64,000 nt of DNA from a virus. The notes below the pieces were generated by a model. It was not told where the DNA came from, did no database searches, and was given only the letters and a program-made list of their open reading frames with translations. Positions 7,417-16,708 of the stretch are shown piece after piece (the stretch's first letter is position 1; the number at the start of each line of letters is the position of its first letter). The position numbers were made by a program, and so were the translations under genes. The DNA is taken from the IMG/VR virus record IMGVR_UViG_3300045988_146774, positions 32,001 to 96,000 of that record, one strand, 5' to 3'.

Positions 7417-10029
7417 ATGAGTGAATTTGGAATTAAAATAAAGAATATTGAAGCAAGCACTTTATATGAATATAACAATGGTGTCAGAGATCATTATGAA
7501 TACAAAGATGCAATGTTTACCAACAGTCTATTTAGTGATTATCTAAAAGATAACGGATTAAAAGTATGGAAAGAAGAATCTACTAGAGATATTATCTGTT
7601 TAGAATTTAATTTTGGATCAAGATCGTATGAAGAAGAAATTAATCATCTAAAAAAAGTCGCAATTAAAGCTCGTACAGAATATAAATTAGCCAAATCTTT
7701 TAAATATCAAACGCAAATTCAAAAAAAGAAAAATAAGCGTCAAAAATTATCCCAATTATTTAGAGAAGCACAATTGAATAAAGAAAAATATCTAAAGCAT
7801 ACCAAAGAAGATATTCGCACTATTTTTTATAACGATGGTGTAAATGTGGAATATATAACTAGAAAAAAGAATGGGGATATTATAAAACGAGAAACCATTC
7901 ACTACAAAATGTTATATAGAAGCACTGGAAAAGCAAAAAAAGGTTCCTGTATGTTTATATGCGATAGGCTATATAAAAAAGCTATAAAATTCTTATACAT
8001 GGGTATTAAATTGCCAAAGAAGAATTCTCCTATCGTAGAAATTAGTGCCTATGCCCCTCTTATATCTAGTGCAATAGTCGGAAAGGTAAAAATCAATCCT
8101 AAAAATATTTTAATATTAAAAGATGTCGATCGTTATTTTGATACAAAAGTTGTTGCAGTTAAAACAGATGAGAACCGGCAATGTTATGCGGAGCATATTG
8201 ATAATTATAAATTAAAAAATACTCTATTCGACGGACAAGCTCTTATAGATAGTAGTATTTTTCCAGAATGGGGAAATGGATATATCTTATTAAGACATCA
8301 TTTTTGTAAAATGGCTGCATTTAGTACGAACATCCAACAATTTTTTAAAGATTATTTTGGAGATGACTATTACTCTGCTACTGTCAAAGATATGTTTGGG
8401 AATGAACATTATGTAAAAGATATAGAATTGATAACCACAGATAATGCAATGAAGTGGTTAAAATTTGATATATCTTATGAGTATTGGTGCGAAAAAGTTT
8501 ATGAGAATAATTGCATGTTTGGAATTGTTAAGACAGCTCATGAAAGTAAACTCGGGGAAGTTCAAAGAATGAGTTATCAAATGGTCAATTGTTTAGATGA
8601 ATCTATTATGGAGAATGTAGTCAAGGAAAGTGTTGATTATGTTGAAATGCTTAAACAGAATGATGACGAATTTTTAAAGTATCTTGAAAAAAATAAGAAT
8701 TTTTCAAATGATTACGAAGTTTTAATTGCATTATGTGAGCAGAATCGAGATTTCTTAAGAAGCTCATATTTTAGAAGAAGAAAAAGAAAAATTATTGAAA
8801 ATTATGTATTAAATATGAAAAGTGGAAAACTAATACAGAATGCAGAAAATCTTGTCGTAGTTGGTTCTCCATATGCTATGCTCTTATATGCAGCAACGGG
8901 TGAGGAAAATTCTGTTGATGATGATGACACATTTTTTGTAGAATCTGGAACAGTTCAATGTTATACAGAGAGATTTAATAGTGGTGAGCATCTTGCGTTT
9001 TTTAGAAGTCCATTCAATAGTCAAAACAATTTAACATATTTACATAATACTTATCATAAAAAGTTAGATAAATATTTCAATCTTGGACGACAGTGTATTG
9101 CAATTAATATGAATGGGACTGATGCACAAGATAGAAACAATGGGATGGACATGGATTCTGATAGCGGGTATACAACCAATCAACCGGATATAGTTCAACA
9201 TGCAAAAAAATGTTATTCAGACCATCCTACTATTGTAAATCTTATTCCTAGAGATTCAAAAAAATATAATCGATCTATGGATGAATATGCATTGATTGAT
9301 AATAACCTTGCGAATTCACAATTAGATATAGGGTTGTCTAGTAATCTAGCACAAATAGCTAGAACATATTCTTGCAATTTCAATGACGAAAAATATGTAG
9401 ATTACGTTTGTATTTTAAGTGTTTTGGCTCAGGTCGCAATAGACAATGCCAAGCGTCGCTTTGATATTGATCTTGGAGATGAAATAAAACGAATCCAAAA
9501 AGATTTAAATATAAAAACAAACCTTTATCCGTCATTTTGGCTACTTATTAAAAAGAATTTCAAAAAAGACAATATAAATGAAGAATTAAAATGCCCTATG
9601 AATTATTTATATAATTTAGATTTGTCAGAGTTCCATAATTCGACTTCTACTCTTCCAATGTCACATTTTTTCAATAAGTTTGAAATGTCAAATAATATTA
9701 GAACATGTAGAAAAGTTGAAGATCTGATTGCAAAATATTCTTTAAGTCTTTATGATATTAATTCTGGAGATTCTGAAGATAATGATTATTTGTTATTGCG
9801 AAAAGATTTTGATAACTTGATTTCAGATATCCAAAAAATAAAAATATCCAAAAATTATCTAGGATTATTTTCGTGGATGATTGATCGAGCATTTAAAATT
9901 TTGCCAGGAAGTTTAAGAAATCAAAAAAGTATATCTTCTGTTCTAAATAAAAACAAACCCCTTCTTTTAAAAACTTTATACGAAGTAAATTCGTCAAATT
10001 TACTAAAATGTTTCTCAAAAAACTGTTAA
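7417..10029 (+). CDS. putative single-subunit two-barrel (YonO / beta-prime-like) DNA-dependent RNA polymerase
   Basis: 870 aa. FFR530-S-P...(48 aa)...NGM-D578-M-D580-S-D582 mirrors the beta-prime double-psi barrel pattern (NRAPTLH...NADFDGD). An upstream basic stretch, YRSTGKAKKG, is reminiscent of the beta-type barrel. No T7-type motifs seen. Size is similar to SPbeta YonO as I recall it. Confidence 0.4.
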   Translation: MSEFGIKIKNIEASTLYEYNNGVRDHYEYKDAMFTNSLFSDYLKDNGLKVWKEESTRDIICLEFNFGSRSYEEEINHLKKVAIKARTEYKLAKSFKYQTQIQKKKNKRQKLSQLFREAQLNKEKYLKHTKEDIRTIFYNDGVNVEYITRKKNGDIIKRETIHYKMLYRSTGKAKKGSCMFICDRLYKKAIKFLYMGIKLPKKNSPIVEISAYAPLISSAIVGKVKINPKNILILKDVDRYFDTKVVAVKTDENRQCYAEHIDNYKLKNTLFDGQALIDSSIFPEWGNGYILLRHHFCKMAAFSTNIQQFFKDYFGDDYYSATVKDMFGNEHYVKDIELITTDNAMKWLKFDISYEYWCEKVYENNCMFGIVKTAHESKLGEVQRMSYQMVNCLDESIMENVVKESVDYVEMLKQNDDEFLKYLEKNKNFSNDYEVLIALCEQNRDFLRSSYFRRRKRKIIENYVLNMKSGKLIQNAENLVVVGSPYAMLLYAATGEENSVDDDDTFFVESGTVQCYTERFNSGEHLAFFRSPFNSQNNLTYLHNTYHKKLDKYFNLGRQCIAINMNGTDAQDRNNGMDMDSDSGYTTNQPDIVQHAKKCYSDHPTIVNLIPRDSKKYNRSMDEYALIDNNLANSQLDIGLSSNLAQIARTYSCNFNDEKYVDYVCILSVLAQVAIDNAKRRFDIDLGDEIKRIQKDLNIKTNLYPSFWLLIKKNFKKDNINEELKCPMNYLYNLDLSEFHNSTSTLPMSHFFNKFEMSNNIRTCRKVEDLIAKYSLSLYDINSGDSEDNDYLLLRKDFDNLISDIQKIKISKNYLGLFSWMIDRAFKILPGSLRNQKSISSVLNKNKPLLLKTLYEVNSSNLLKCFSKNC

Positions 10030-10317
10030 AAATGCTGTTTTTTGTGCAGACTTAATTTATTTGATATGTAAAAAATGCCCATTTTTCAACGTTTTTCAGC
10101 AATATGCTAATGCCCCCTTATGAGGAGAAAGTGGGCAATGATGCTTGTCTAACATGTTCAAGAGTAAATTTGCGTACGAATTTCGTAATACCAACACAAT
10201 TATCCTCTCCGCTATTATTGCAAATGCGGAATATAAGTAAGCGACACGTGTATATTATTACTCCTTCATTGGAGAATATAGGGGGATGTTTTTCATCTCC
10301 CTACTAAGATTAATATA

Positions 10318-10350
10318 TTGGCGGTGGGTAAAACATCTACTGCCAATTTT
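10318..10350 (+). terminator. rho-independent terminator
   Basis: TTGGCGGT/ACTGCCAA 8-bp stem (one G-U pair) followed by TTTT. Confidence 0.5.
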
Positions 10351-10356
10351 CATATG

Positions 10357-10428
10357 CTGGCGGTAAAGGTTGGATCTTGGCGTGGCTCATAACCATGTAA
10401 AAACTCGGTTCAATTCCGGGGCTTCAGC
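10357..10428 (+). tRNA. tRNA-like sequence with CAU anticodon, possibly degenerate
   Basis: Good T-arm (CTCGG TTCAATT CCGGG) and anticodon arm (CGTGG CTCATAA CCATG). The acceptor stem pairs at only 5 of 7 positions and the D-stem is weak. Confidence 0.35.
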
Positions 10429-10437
10429 AACTTGTCT

Positions 10438-10510
10438 AGGGATATAGTTCAGTTGGTAGAACGCTTGATTTGGGATCAAGAGGTCGCACGTTCGAGTCGT
10501 GTTATTCCTA
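10438..10510 (+). tRNA. tRNA-Pro(UGG): tRNA-Pro (UGG)
   Basis: Hand-folded cloverleaf: acceptor AGGGATA/TATTCCT, D-arm GTTC-AGTTGGTA-GAAC, anticodon arm CTTGA-TTTGGGA-TCAAG, T-arm GCACG-TTCGAGT-CGTGT. Confidence 0.8.
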
Positions 10511-10516
10511 TTACTC

Positions 10517-10526
10517 CTCTCCTATT
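10517..10526 (+). promoter_or_regulatory. CTCTYCTATT motif copy
   Basis: Exact CTCTCCTATT, 7 nt after tRNA-Pro. Here it forms the 5' arm of hairpin CTCTCC...GGAGAG. Confidence 0.5.
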
Positions 10527-10538
10527 TCGGAGAGAAAA

Positions 10539-10825
10539 ATGTACGAAAGGAATGAATTACTATTAAAGAAATTAGTAAAAATGATTTAAAAACTCTAGTT
10601 GAGCGTGGAATTATTGGAAGAACTCATGTTAGATCCAATAGTTCAATCGGTGGATATCATTCTTGTGGTTTTTATGATATTGAAAAGTATAAAGACGGGA
10701 AAAAGAAAGAAAAAGGTAATAAGAATTATCTAAAAACTATTTATGCTCATATTGGAGTAGGTATTACCAGAAATCATATCTATATTGAGGATAAATATGC
10801 TGATATGGTTAATGGAATCAAGTAA
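10539..10825 (+). pseudogene. ORF with SD and ATG in one frame and an 89-codon body in the -1 frame (frameshifted gene or programmed frameshift)
   Basis: GGAGAG SD plus ATG at 10539 opens a 16-codon ORF. An 89-codon frame (10556..10825, ...ISKNDLKTLVERGIIGRTH...) has no start codon of its own and overlaps it. Confidence 0.3.
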
Positions 10826-10842
10826 ATAATACTTATAGAAAG

Positions 10843-12288
10843 GTGGTTAGTGCCATCGCTAAGAAAAAGAAAGAATCAATAAAGGTTTCATTTGTAGACT
10901 CACCTTCTTCGGAGGATGTTACAGGGAGCCTTATTTTTATATCTGCACCAAATCATAAAATTCTGGTAGATGCAGGATTACATCAAACAAATGATAGATA
11001 TGAAGATTTCTTGGTGAATAATCGAAAATATAAGGAGTTCAAACCAAAAGAAATTGATTATATTTTCCTGACCCATAATCATGCGGATCATTGCTTATTA
11101 TGCCCTAAACTTTATAAAGAAGGATGTAAAGCAAAAGTCATCGTTACAGAAGGGTCTTCTATCGTATTAAAAGATATGGCTGAAGATTGTGCAGAAATAA
11201 ATGAACGTGATGTTCTTATAATTAATAGTCAGAATGATAAAAATTATTCACCGTTATATGGATTAGATGACGTATTTAATATGATGAATTATGTATCAGA
11301 ATATGAATATGATAAGAAATTTTTCATTGATGATGAATTGTCATTTATGTTAATACCAAGTGGTCATTTGCTCGGGAGTTGTCAGGTTTTATTATTTTTA
11401 ACAGTGAATAATGTTACAAAATCCATTCTGATCACAGGCGATATTGGAAATAAAATAATTGAGAATAGGTTTGTTGGACATTATGAGCAGGTGAGGACAT
11501 GTGATTATGTAATTGCAGAGTCTACATATGGAGATAAACCAAAATTAAAGACAGGCAAAAAAGAGCGAAAAAATGATTTAGAAAAATTTAAATCTATAAT
11601 TGAGACACAGATTCATGAATTAAAAGGTCGTGTTGTAATCCCAAGCTTTGCACAATCAAGAATTCAGCAATTAGCTCTTATGATATATGAAATATATAAA
11701 GATGAAGAGTGGAAACCAAAAGTCTATATAGATTCTCCATTGTCGATTAAAATCTTCAAAGACTACGCTGAATGTTTGGTTGGTAAAGACAAAGAAGACT
11801 TTGACAAAATGTTAGAAAGTGGAATTTTTACTTTTGTGAAAGAACCAGAAGATAGTAAGGCTTTAGTGTCTAGTGATGAATCATGTTTAATTTTATCTAC
11901 AAGTGGTATGTGTCAAGTTGGAAGAATAAGACATCATTTAAAGAAATGTATTGTTGATCCAAATTCGACGGTATTATTTGTTGGATTTTCTACAGAGGGT
12001 TCGTTAGCTTCTCTGTTAAAAGACAATAAAAGGAGAAGCGTCACAATTGATCAAAAAGAATATTCATGTAGATGTTCTTCATATTCATTAAAATCAATGA
12101 GTGGACATGCGCCATTCTATCAGCTTGTAGAAAATTATACAGATATAAATTGTCAAAAAATTATATTACATCATGGGTCAGATCTTGCTAAAAAAACTTT
12201 AAAACCAGCCTTAGAAAAAGAACTGGAAAGAAAATGTAAATCAACAAGAGTTGTAATAGCAAACTCTAGCCTGAAATTTACACTCTAG
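10843..12288 (+). CDS. metallo-beta-lactamase-fold nuclease with beta-CASP-like C-terminal region
   Basis: 481 aa. HNHADH (HxHxDH) motif in FLTHNHADHC, followed by downstream MBL-type His and Asp motifs (SGHLLGS, ...ESTYG, ...HHGS). The architecture resembles RNase J, CPSF or Artemis-like enzymes. Confidence 0.65.
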   Translation: MVSAIAKKKKESIKVSFVDSPSSEDVTGSLIFISAPNHKILVDAGLHQTNDRYEDFLVNNRKYKEFKPKEIDYIFLTHNHADHCLLCPKLYKEGCKAKVIVTEGSSIVLKDMAEDCAEINERDVLIINSQNDKNYSPLYGLDDVFNMMNYVSEYEYDKKFFIDDELSFMLIPSGHLLGSCQVLLFLTVNNVTKSILITGDIGNKIIENRFVGHYEQVRTCDYVIAESTYGDKPKLKTGKKERKNDLEKFKSIIETQIHELKGRVVIPSFAQSRIQQLALMIYEIYKDEEWKPKVYIDSPLSIKIFKDYAECLVGKDKEDFDKMLESGIFTFVKEPEDSKALVSSDESCLILSTSGMCQVGRIRHHLKKCIVDPNSTVLFVGFSTEGSLASLLKDNKRRSVTIDQKEYSCRCSSYSLKSMSGHAPFYQLVENYTDINCQKIILHHGSDLAKKTLKPALEKELERKCKSTRVVIANSSLKFTL

Positions 12289-12300
12289 GAGTAGCTGCCT

Positions 12301-12552
12301 ATGAAAGATAAAAAGTTAATACCATATATATTCGGTCTTATAACTGGTGTCGTATTGTTACCGGTTACAGATGAATTATTAAATGTATTATACTCATGGA
12401 TTGAGGTTATGAAGATCAAACCATCTTCGATTATTGCAAAATGGAATGAAGAAGTCGCATCTAAAAGTGACGGGACTGAACAGACATTTGCAATAGGTTT
12501 TCAAGCACCTGATCCTGAATTAGAAGAATATTATGAAGACGAGGAAGAGTAA
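12301..12552 (+). CDS. small membrane protein with acidic tail
   Basis: 83 aa, one predicted TM segment (IPYIFGLITGVVLLPV). Confidence 0.5.
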   Translation: MKDKKLIPYIFGLITGVVLLPVTDELLNVLYSWIEVMKIKPSSIIAKWNEEVASKSDGTEQTFAIGFQAPDPELEEYYEDEEE

Positions 12553-12558
12553 TTACCA

Positions 12559-12568
12559 CTCTTCTATT
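12559..12568 (+). promoter_or_regulatory. CTCTYCTATT motif copy
   Basis: Exact CTCTTCTATT. It is the 3' arm of hairpin GAAGAGT(12544-50)/ACTCTTC(12558-64), which overlaps the preceding stop codon. Confidence 0.5.
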
Positions 12569-12620
12569 TTTGTATCCGAAATATCGGAAATTCAATGAAT
12601 TAAAAGGAGAAAAATAGATT

Positions 12621-12848
12621 ATGGCTACAAGTAAGCTTAGATTTACAAGAACTACAACAGATAAATTGACAGTAAAAGGTGGAGTGCTTTCTGAAGATTG
12701 TACTTCTATTTCATATACAGATGAGAATGATGTTGAGCAGGATATTAAAGTTGGAGATTTACTTTCAGCTTTTAAGAATGAGGTAATTGACTTTTCTGTA
12801 GCACTTAAAACAGACGAGGAGCTTGATGTTCCGGAATCCGAAGAATAA
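12621..12848 (+). CDS. hypothetical protein
   Basis: 75 aa, AAAGGAGA SD. Confidence 0.5.
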   Translation: MATSKLRFTRTTTDKLTVKGGVLSEDCTSISYTDENDVEQDIKVGDLLSAFKNEVIDFSVALKTDEELDVPESEE

Positions 12849-12856
12849 GAAGGGAT

Positions 12857-14041
12857 GTGTTTGTTATAACTTCTTATAGACGTTTTAATGGAGAAACAGA
12901 CGAAGAGCTTATCTATCGAATCACAGGTGACAAGGATAAAATAGGTTCTTGGCAGGATGTGGCAGATATATTAAATGAGCTTCTTGGTACAGAATATACC
13001 GAATCAAAATTTAGAAAGCAGAGACAGGCATTTGATAAAATGCTCGCTGCGAATAGAAATAAATTCGTAAACGATTCTGCTCAGTTAGAAGAAATACGAT
13101 TAGCTCAGAGAGAACTAGAGCGTTCAAAGATACAATTTAGAGATGAACGCAGATCTTGGCAAAAACAGAATTATATGGATAGTCGTTTCGATGAAGTAAT
13201 GGATCTTCTTATTGAAAGACTTGATAACTTTGGAAAAACAGAGTTTAGAAGTTTTCCAAGACCTTTAATTGGAACAGGGAAATCAATGATTGTATGTTTG
13301 TCCGATTTACATATTGGTCAGACATTCCATTCCACATTTGGACAATTTGATTGTCAGATTGCTAAAGAACGATTGGATAAATACTTAAGTGAAGTAATTC
13401 AAATCGGCAAAATGAATATGGTTTCTTCAGTACATATTTTCTTGCTCGGAGACAACATTAGTAACTCCTTGCATAAGACAATTGAAGTTTCAAACAAAGA
13501 AAATGTTATTGATCAGCTTAAATTAAGTATTGAATATATCACATCATTTTGTCATGAACTTACGAAACATTTCGATGATGTTTACTTAGCTTCTGCTTCT
13601 GGGAACCACTCAAGATTACAGGCAAAGGATCTTGCACAGCACAGTGAACGTTTAGATGCATTTATTGCATGGGATGTGTGCAGAGTTCTTCAGCATATAG
13701 ATGGATTTCATTCATTGCTAGATTGCAGTATTGATGATGGAATTGCCAAAGTTGATATTTATGGGAAAGATTATCTTCTTATTCATGGAGATTATGATGC
13801 TCCTACTAAACAAGGGTATATGAATCTTGCGTCAATGTGTGGATTCTTCCCGGAGAATATTTTCTGTGGACATAAGCATTTTTGTATGTATAGTCAAGAA
13901 TCGAAATTCGTGCAAAGCGGAAGCCTTGCTGGTTCTGGATGTGATTATACAATCGAAAAAAGATTAAACGGAAAACCGTCACAAATGGTTTGCATTGTTG
14001 ACGAAACTGGATTACTTAATATTAGTCCAGTCATGTTATAA
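12857..14041 (+). CDS. calcineurin-like metallophosphoesterase (SbcD/Mre11-like nuclease)
   Basis: 394 aa. Ordered motifs LSDLHIG, LLGDNIS, GNHS, IHGD and GHKH match the metallophosphoesterase signature. Confidence 0.65.
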   Translation: MFVITSYRRFNGETDEELIYRITGDKDKIGSWQDVADILNELLGTEYTESKFRKQRQAFDKMLAANRNKFVNDSAQLEEIRLAQRELERSKIQFRDERRSWQKQNYMDSRFDEVMDLLIERLDNFGKTEFRSFPRPLIGTGKSMIVCLSDLHIGQTFHSTFGQFDCQIAKERLDKYLSEVIQIGKMNMVSSVHIFLLGDNISNSLHKTIEVSNKENVIDQLKLSIEYITSFCHELTKHFDDVYLASASGNHSRLQAKDLAQHSERLDAFIAWDVCRVLQHIDGFHSLLDCSIDDGIAKVDIYGKDYLLIHGDYDAPTKQGYMNLASMCGFFPENIFCGHKHFCMYSQESKFVQSGSLAGSGCDYTIEKRLNGKPSQMVCIVDETGLLNISPVML

Positions 14042-14157
14042 AGTCGTATAACAGCCCATACTACACCCGGTATAATTCAAACTCTCGTAAATCGGAATTG
14101 TATGGGCTGTTATTATATATTTCTTGAGAAGAGATGCGACCATTAAACAGGCGTGTA

Positions 14158-14167
14158 CTCTTCTATT
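14158..14167 (+). promoter_or_regulatory. CTCTYCTATT motif copy
   Basis: Exact CTCTTCTATT followed by TTTG. It is the 3' arm of AGAAGAG...CTCTTCT pairing, 39 nt before the HU start. Confidence 0.5.
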
Positions 14168-14205
14168 TTTGTAAAAAATGATATGGAACGAAAGGAATTA
14201 ATTAA

Positions 14206-14484
14206 ATGAATAAAGTAGAATTAACAAAATCAGTTGCTACAAGAACCGGAGCAACGCAGAAAGATGCTGCTGTGTATGTAGATGCAGTTATCGAATCTAT
14301 TAAAGATGGTATGATTGAGGATGGAAAGGTTCAGATTGTTGGATTTGGAACTTTTGAAGTAAAAGAAAGAGCTGAACGTGAAGGTCGCAACCCACAGACA
14401 GGGGAAACAATGAAGATCGCAGCTTGTAAAACACCAAAATTCAAAGCTGGTAAAGCACTTAAGGATGCCGTTAACGAAGCATAA
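14206..14484 (+). CDS. hup: HU/IHF-family DNA-binding protein
   Basis: 92 aa. MNKVELTKSVA...GFGTFEVKERAEREGRNPQTGETMKIAACKTPKFKAGKALKDAV is a textbook HU sequence pattern. Confidence 0.85.
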   Translation: MNKVELTKSVATRTGATQKDAAVYVDAVIESIKDGMIEDGKVQIVGFGTFEVKERAEREGRNPQTGETMKIAACKTPKFKAGKALKDAVNEA

Positions 14485-14493
14485 TAAATTGGA

Positions 14494-15084
14494 GTGAATT
14501 ATTTGGATACTTTTACTTTTGAAAGCATTGAGGAATTTTGCGAAATGTTAGATGACGTACTTACAGATTCTACAGAAACCATTTCAGTTGTGGCGAAATA
14601 TAATGATGCAAAAGAAATTATTAAAGAACTTGTTTTATATGGATATGATTTTGGATATATTCACTTAGATTATGAATATCCAAACGAATATGAAGTTATG
14701 ATTATTAACGATCGTATTTATTGCGATAAATTAAAAAGAGATGGAGAATATATTACTTCTTGGGCAACTGCAATTTATGCAATGGAAGATGTAAATTCTA
14801 AGTGCATTTTAAGATCTTATCCTGACGCTAAAACAAAAATTCTTGTTCAGATTGAACCGGATGACGAAGAGTTAGGTGGTCATGATGATGACATTGACTG
14901 TGATATGTGTGAACACAAAGATGATTGTGATGTTAGATTCGTCAAAAACGAAGATGGTGAAGTACATGGTATGACTGTCTCAAGTTCTGATGGAGATAGA
15001 TATATTTCACATAGTATCTATTGTACAGATGCATTTGATCAGAATGAGATGCTAGATTTTCTTGCAGATATTTTTGGATTGTAA
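14494..15084 (+). CDS. hypothetical acidic protein
   Basis: 196 aa, GTG start as in the ORF track. Confidence 0.5.
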   Translation: MNYLDTFTFESIEEFCEMLDDVLTDSTETISVVAKYNDAKEIIKELVLYGYDFGYIHLDYEYPNEYEVMIINDRIYCDKLKRDGEYITSWATAIYAMEDVNSKCILRSYPDAKTKILVQIEPDDEELGGHDDDIDCDMCEHKDDCDVRFVKNEDGEVHGMTVSSSDGDRYISHSIYCTDAFDQNEMLDFLADIFGL

Positions 15085-15117
15085 GATAAATATTATTAGA
15101 AATATAGATTTTCTTAG

Positions 15118-15150
15118 GCATTATGAGCGTAAAAACTCATAGTGCTTTTT
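15118..15150 (+). terminator. rho-independent terminator
   Basis: GCATTATGAG/CTCATAGTGC stem followed by TTTTT. Confidence 0.6.
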
Positions 15151-15202
15151 GACGTGAAGTTTTCTTTTTGTGATTACACTCATGTTTTACCTTCCTTTCT
15201 TA

Positions 15203-15238
15203 GAACCTGTAGGCGTAAAAACTTATGGGTTCTTTTCT
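15203..15238 (+). terminator. second hairpin terminator
   Basis: GAACC...GGGTTC stem followed by TTTTCTT. The loop shares GCGTAAAAACT with the previous terminator. Confidence 0.45.
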
Positions 15239-15505
15239 TATGCAGCATAAATCCATGAGGTTTGGAACCTACCTGCTAAGTAGTGTGTACGTTAATTCGT
15301 ATTTGCTTCGAGTGCAATGTGCTGCGTTTTAATATTCTCTGTGGTGTTGTTTAGAGAATATATGAGTGTACTCATGATTGGTGTCGTAACTGATTGTGGG
15401 GAATTATGGAGAGATACGAAAGAAGTCATGAGCTTTCGGATAAGTGTAACCTCATTCGCACTTCTCTCCTGTTTTTTATTGAATGGGGAGAAATGAGGAA
15501 AGTTT

Positions 15506-16684
15506 ATGGGAAAACCAAGATCAATAAATTTTGATGTTAAAGATTATGATTATTGGGTTAATGAATACATACAGAAAAGTGAATTATATGGCAAACCGAT
15601 TTCTAATATGTATTTAAGAAAAGATGAATTTAATCTACCAGATTCACGATGGTATGTAAAAAATTGTCCGGATAAAACTATAACGAGTTGGTCTGAATTT
15701 ATAGATTGGTGTGGATTCATTTCAAAAGGCAAAACACCATCTAAAGAAAAAATGACGCATTTAATATATAAAATGCAAAATGAAATTGGTAGACCATTAA
15801 TGTATGATGACTTTAGAGGAATTGGTTGTTATCACCCTCCAATAAAATTTATTAATTTGTATTGGGGAACAATTAATAATATGAAGAAAGAACTTGGTTT
15901 AGAAATAATCAAAGATTCTATGTTGGATAGAAGTCTTTCAAAAGAAGAGTTTGATGCAATGATCATAGATATATGCTCTTATGTAAAAAGTGATGGTAGA
16001 AATTTTATTACAACTTCTGAAATAGACAATAATAATAATTGGCTTAATGCAGATTCTCTAAGAAAAACTTCTAAAAAATATTATAACTGTGATCTTCAAG
16101 AATTATTAAGCGAATACGATGTATCACTTGGCAAACAGGGTCGTGGAACAATTTTTAATTTTGAAGATGGAGAACATGTGACAAGTCAGTTTGAGTATAT
16201 GTTTTCAAAATATTTAAGAGAATTCGGATTGAAATATACGAAGGATTATCAGAGAGATGTTGATTATTCTTCGTTTATTTCTAAATATAATGGACGAATG
16301 AATTGTGATTATGTAATAAATATAAAAGAGAAGAAAATTTATATTGAAATAGCAGGAATTATTGAAGCTTATAAATCATATTTCTTTTCTAATAAAGCAA
16401 TAAAAGCAAGCAAATCTAAAGAGAATTATCGTCAAAAATTATTACAAAAGCAGTCTATGCTAAAAGAAAATAATCTTAATTATTTCATATTATTCCCATG
16501 TGATTTAACAAAAGAAAATGTATATGAAATATTAAATAATGATTCTGTTATGTTACGAAAAAATATAGAATCGTTTATTAAAAATAATATTGATTGGCAA
16601 AGGGTTTCTGAACGCGGAGAATTAAAGTATTTAGATGAAATTAAATGGGGACGCAATGTCATTGATTATAAAGAGGTAGTTTAG
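15506..16684 (+). CDS. free-standing homing-endonuclease-like protein (homing-endonuclease-associated repeats plus PD-(D/E)XK/Vsr-like C-terminal domain)
   Basis: 392 aa. N-terminal repeats resemble the HE-associated repeat (...YDDFRGIG...WGTINNMKKELGL). The C-terminus (TSQFEYMFSKYLREFGLKY...DYVINIKEKKIYIEIAG) is similar to the C-termini of the intron ORFs 38152.. and 51604... Confidence 0.5.
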   Translation: MGKPRSINFDVKDYDYWVNEYIQKSELYGKPISNMYLRKDEFNLPDSRWYVKNCPDKTITSWSEFIDWCGFISKGKTPSKEKMTHLIYKMQNEIGRPLMYDDFRGIGCYHPPIKFINLYWGTINNMKKELGLEIIKDSMLDRSLSKEEFDAMIIDICSYVKSDGRNFITTSEIDNNNNWLNADSLRKTSKKYYNCDLQELLSEYDVSLGKQGRGTIFNFEDGEHVTSQFEYMFSKYLREFGLKYTKDYQRDVDYSSFISKYNGRMNCDYVINIKEKKIYIEIAGIIEAYKSYFFSNKAIKASKSKENYRQKLLQKQSMLKENNLNYFILFPCDLTKENVYEILNNDSVMLRKNIESFIKNNIDWQRVSERGELKYLDEIKWGRNVIDYKEVV

Positions 16685-16708
16685 TTAATTGTACTACTTC
16701 TTTTTATT

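Noticed and set aside
7417-10029. T7-like (Pol A family) RNA polymerase, suggested by the about 870-aa size and the T7-promoter-like look of ACTCTCCTAT
   Set aside because: I found no T7-type motif A (DGSCSG), B (RxxxKxxxxxxYG) or C (HDS). The R-x-P...D-x-D-x-D pattern fits two-barrel polymerases better.
10104-10307. 67-aa ORF between the RNAP-like gene and the tRNAs
   Set aside because: No SD, and it is crossed by hairpins and a motif variant. Probably non-coding.
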